A stretch of 63,842 nucleotides of DNA, the filler included, from Folioceros fuciformis (lineage: Eukaryota), in assembly GCA_049999805.1 (NCBI GenBank). It is 10 parts of 10 records of this genome, joined end to end, with 100 filler letters (N's around TTAATTAATTAA, not from the genome) between each part and the next. Parts side by side here need not be neighbours in the genome. Positions count along the whole stretch, not along the records: positions 57,298 to 60,258 come from JBNGIO010001360.1; positions 60,359 to 62,289 come from JBNGIO010001361.1; positions 62,390 to 63,842 come from JBNGIO010001378.1; 7 more parts are not named here. One strand, 5' to 3'. The notes beneath the pieces are model-generated. The model had not been told where the DNA came from and did not search any database. It saw only the letters and a list, made by a program, of their open reading frames with translations. The position numbers and the translations under genes are program-made. Positions 59,464 to 63,842 of this stretch are shown in pieces (position 1 is the first letter of the stretch; each line of letters begins with the position of its first letter).

Positions 59464-60358
59464 TCTTTGCAATCTGATCCTGACACAAGCGCAGATATGC
59501 GACACTGCAAGATGCCGAAACGCAGGACCCTAGCGCGTGCGCCCATAAGGATTGTCCGCATTGAACAGGGCTCGATTCCCTCTACACGGACAAGTTTTCT
59601 TTGCATGGACTGTCAGGAGAAGGATTTGCGGTCTGCAGCACCACGATCGTCAGATCCATAGCGTGCAAGACATCCTTCTGTGCATAGACGTTGCAAGGTC
59701 AGCCCCGTTCCAACTAGACAAGGCGCAAGCTTGGTATGTTGCTCGCCCCGGTCAACATCTGTGAGGCGATGCCCAAGCAGGCAAGATAAACACAACGAGT
59801 TCCTTACTGTTTGTGCGCAAATTCGTGGCCTTCAAGATCTAGTTGAGAGTCTCTCCAACGGCATCAAGCAGCTACACCGTATCTGCCGCAACCATGACAG
59901 TGCTCAAGATGCAAACATAGCAGCTTCGCTATCATCAGGTCATGTTTGCACGACCCACTACTGACCTTTTGTCATGCTCCCAGGTCGACAGGATGATCCA
60001 CGGGATGGATCTGATGATGAAAGTTTTGACCTAGATAATGAAGGGATAGTGGATTCGGGCACTGATGCCAGTCCAGCGCAAGTTGGTGGTGTAGAGGCCA
60101 CAACACCTGTAACATTGCCTGAGCGGCAGCCATACAACCTTGGTTTTGGCCCTACAGGCGATTCCCTCAATTGGGAACAAGGTTTCCTTCGGAGAGGTGC
60201 TGCCGGACCATCTGGCGGAGGCGGAGCACCTGGAGGAATCAACTACGCAGCATATGGTNNNNNNNNNNNNNNNNNNNNNNNNNNNNNNNNNNNNNNNNNN
60301 NNTTAATTAATTAANNNNNNNNNNNNNNNNNNNNNNNNNNNNNNNNNNNNNNNNNNNN

Positions 60359-62289
60359 CTTCCATGTTGATCATTTTGCTCTCAAGCACCTGGTCAACAA
60401 GGCAGACCTATCGGGCCGCATAGCTCGCTGGATCTTGCTCTTGCAGGAGTTCACATTCACCGTGGAAATAAGGGAAGGGCGCAGGCATGTGAATGCTGAT
60501 TTTCTATCCAGGCTGAAAACGGGGAAGTCGGGGGGGTCCTGTAAGCCTTCCTACCAAGAGGTGTCTGATTTTTTAGGCACGGGGGAATTTCCAGCTGATC
60601 TCACACGCAGCAGCAGCTGCTGTTCTTGTACTTCACAAGGCTGGTGGTTAAGTACAAGGGCAAGCTGTATCGCACAGGGGCTGATGGCGTGGAGAGGTTG
60701 TGGGTCAAAGCTAGCCAAGTGGAGCAAGTTATCAGTTTCCTACATGAGGGAGAGGCTGGAGGCCATTATGCAGCCCATGTGACCTGTAGAAAAATTCTGG
60801 CAGCAGGGTATTGGTGGTCAACAATGCATGCTGATGTTGGAGAATTCATCAAGAGGTGTGATGCATGCCAAAGGGTGGGGAAGCCTACTAGGACCACACA
60901 ATGGCCATTGGTCCCCATCCTAGCCCTAGCACCATTTGTGAAGTGGGGGATTGATTTTGTAGGACCAATTCAGCCCAAGTCCAAGGGAAGGCAGAACCAA
61001 TACATCCTGGTGGCAACTGACTACTGCACACGCATGGTGGAGGCCCAAGCTTGCCCGTGGACACAGCAAATGTGGTGGCTTGATTTTTGTTTGAGCAAAT
61101 CATCACAAGGTATGGGTGCCCGTTGGAGCTGGTGAGTGATAGGGGGACTCACGTCATCAATGAAGTAGTCAAGCACATGACTGAATATTTCAATATCAAT
61201 CATAGAAAGACCACTCCCTACAACCCCAAGGCCAATGGACTCACGGAGAAGGCTAATGGGCTGTTGTGCAAGATTCTCGACAAGCTCACCGTCACCTATG
61301 CTCATGATTGGGATAGGAAGCTCCATTTAGCCTTGTGGGGGTATAGGATTGCTGAGAAGGTTACTACCCAGCAGACCCCTTATTACCTCACCTATGGACA
61401 CTCACCAATCATGCCCATCGAATTTGAGGTACCCACCTTGCGAATGCAAGAGAGCAATCGATTGCCCATGGAGGAGAGCCAGCTGGAGAGGCTAACCAGT
61501 TTTGTGCAGCATGATGAGGATAGGGAACGGGCCTTGGCTGTTTTCCTTGATGTTCAGGAGAGGAGGAAGAAGTGGCACGACCAGAAGTTGCCTAAACAAG
61601 AGTATGTTGTGCCTGGAGATTTAGCCTTGTTATATGACAATAGGTACATGCACTTTCCAGGGAAATGCACTTGAGATGGATGGGACCTTATAGGGTGCTG
61701 GAAGTGTATGAGAATGGGTCCATCCAACTCCAGCACCTCAACGGCCCTAACTTGCCAACTAGGGTTAATGGCTGGCGGGTAAAGAAATATTATCAGTAGT
61801 TGGCGAGGACGCCAACAAATGAGAAGGGGAGTATGTGGACTCCACATGCTGAATAGGTCCTTGGAAAATGGTAGGATTTCTCTTTTTGGGAATCTCTGAG
61901 TGAATCATGTGGTGAAATGGTTAGAAGATTAGGTTAGATTAGTAGCTAGATTAATGGTGAGGCGAGACGGGTCTTTGAAGGGTTGCTGGATGCTCTGAAG
62001 GGAAGGGATGGAATGATCTGAGAGAAGGGATGGAATGATTTGAGAGAAGAGGGAGAGTGTTGAGAGGCACTAACCATTTTGGTAGTCTTAAGAGGTTGGT
62101 CAATTTTGGTAAGGGCACCCAGTGGTGTCCATGGGACACAACCCCTATTAGGTCGGATTAAGGTTAGGATTAGGTCAGAACTAGGTTTGGGTCAAAGTTA
62201 GGTTTAGGTCAGAATTAGGGGCGGCTTAGGTCAGAGAGAGATTGCTGGGTGGTTGACTGAGGCTAACCCTAATAGATAGAGATGGAGGT
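60359..62289 (+). mobile_element. Ty3/gypsy pol remnant (RNase H end, integrase), PPT at about 61821-61833 and start of 3' LTR
   Basis: DHFALKHL..GRIARWILLLQEF..NADFLSR; H..GGH..GYWW..CDACQ (HHCC); [25 protein letters not shown]. Frameshifted; GAGAAGGGGAGTA is followed by TGTGG. Confidence 0.9.
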
Positions 62290-62659
62290 NNNNNNNNNNN
62301 NNNNNNNNNNNNNNNNNNNNNNNNNNNNNNNNNTTAATTAATTAANNNNNNNNNNNNNNNNNNNNNNNNNNNNNNNNNNNNNNNNNNNNGCAGCCTAACC
62401 AAAGCCTAACTCTAACCTACCCCTGCACCTAATTGCGCATTACCCCCCTAGGACACCGCTGGTTGCCCTCTATCCAACATTGTCAGCCTCTCACAACTAG
62501 CAAGAATCCGGGGTGCTCCTCAACACTCTCCTCTACTCCCTCAGATCCTCCCCTAACTCCCTCAGGGCCTTCACCTTCTTCCAATCCTCAAGCCCCCCCC
62601 TGCTAGCCATATTGGCCAAGAACGTCTGGCATGTAGCTGTAATGCTAACTGAACTGCTG

Positions 62660-62860
62660 GACACAACTCATTAGCCTCCTGTCCCTGCTCTCTAATTTGT
62701 GCATGCAACTGCTCTCCTTTCTTACTGCTGCGGCTTCCACATTTGCAGCACTTAGCTTCCAGACCTTTGCTCCGCAATCTGTGGAGAGATGCAACCAGTC
62801 CAGTAAAGCCCAGTGGTGTTCGTGGTTCTCCTGTCCCCAGCTTCCGTACATGAGAGTCTA
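62660..62860 (-). pseudogene. Small degenerate PLS-PPR fragment
   Basis: AANVEAAAV / KKGEQLHAQIREQGQEAN resembles the L motifs of the PPR at 33810 (EKGRALHAQIREQRLQAN); frameshifted. Confidence 0.5.
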
Positions 62861-63842
62861 TTTCGACGGTTTTGGTTTATCTTTCAGCACCTCCACGGAA
62901 ATGATCCATGTTTCCATCGGTCCACCCCTTCAGCCCGAAGCGCCCGGCCCCTGACCTTCAACCTCCTCTCGCAGGCAGGTGAGTTAGGGTGGAATCGAGA
63001 GCACCAGGGGGTTGGATCGTATAGAGCCAACTCCGTGTGCCAGTGGGGGGTCGGGATGTGTGCTCTGGGGAGGATTCCGCCATTTGCTTCCCTGACACCC
63101 GACCATCCGTGTTACGTTTCCCCCTTCAAACCTGGCAACTCATAAGCATCCCCCGTCTTCCGCAGGAAGGTCACCAAATCAGTTGCCATGTTCAGCCTAT
63201 ATCTAGTACCTAGAAGTCGCCCCTATCGACAATACACCCTCCCGTGCACTACCCTCTCATGCACATAGCACTACCTCCAACTGGGTCACCGTCGCAACTG
63301 TCTACCGCCTCTCAATCCTCCCCTGCTTCTGGCTCCTGAATCCCGGGGTGAGGCTAGAAGCCCCGGAACTTCTTCACCAGCTTCCCCACTGGCCACACTC
63401 TCGGATCAAACATATTGAACAACATCAGGCAACCAACCCACTGTTCAGGGGGAAAGGTGAAACCGCCTGGGTCCCCTACCTGTAGCGCAACGCCTTGCCC
63501 CTGACTGGGCCTCCACTGGAGCCAGCCACCACGATCCAACCTGCCCCCTGCCGACCACCTGGCTGGATCCTCCCCAATGTCCTGCGCAATTCGCCAGTCG
63601 GTCACCGAGCCTGCATGCTTGCCCAGATCATGTCGCCACCCGCCTGGCCTGGATCCGGTTGCTGCTGGACCACTTGCCAACCTTCGGATCCAGCCCTGGT
63701 CCCGACCAGCTTTGATCCGCCCCGGCCGCCTGCCGATTGTCCGCGCTGCTGGGACGCTTGCCTACCTTCAGCAGCCGGGCCACTGCTTGGGATCCTGCAA
63801 CTAGGTCAGTGGGCCACTGCTTGGGATCCTACCCGGCTTCGG

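Noticed and set aside
63000..63842. GC-rich ORFs and a short repeat at the window end
   Set aside because: No diagnostic motif, fragmented and cut off by the window edge; a call cannot be supported.

Overview
Eukaryotic nuclear DNA from a seed-free land plant, most likely a hornwort. This is an inference from short (about 70-150 bp) GT-AG introns, compact gene spacing, a flagellar dynein intermediate chain gene, and WW-type and KP-like PPR editing-factor sequences. The window is a scaffold of 10 contigs joined by nine identical 100-bp linkers (44 N + TTAATTAATTAA + 44 N). Recognisable genes are a DUF89 damage-control phosphatase, NMD3, V-ATPase subunit G, a WDR63/IC140-like dynein intermediate chain, Taspase-1, ATAB2/Tab2, a roughly 24-repeat PLS-class PPR with a truncated WW-type C-terminus, CTU2 and LL-DAP aminotransferase. 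There are also several unidentified or orphan coding regions. Pseudogenes include a decayed PPR-E1-E2-DYW:KP-like (U-to-C type) editing factor and an internally deleted receptor-like kinase with an apparent ricin-B-like plus DUF642-like ectodomain. Mobile DNA is diverse: four kinds of non-LTR remnant (including a CRE-like RLE element and an RNase H-bearing I/Tad1-like LINE), copia and gypsy pieces, a solo LTR with a perfect TSD, a hAT remnant and a possible MITE. Several minisatellites are present. No rRNA, tRNA or CRISPR array was found. All identifications are from motif recognition by eye; no database search was run.
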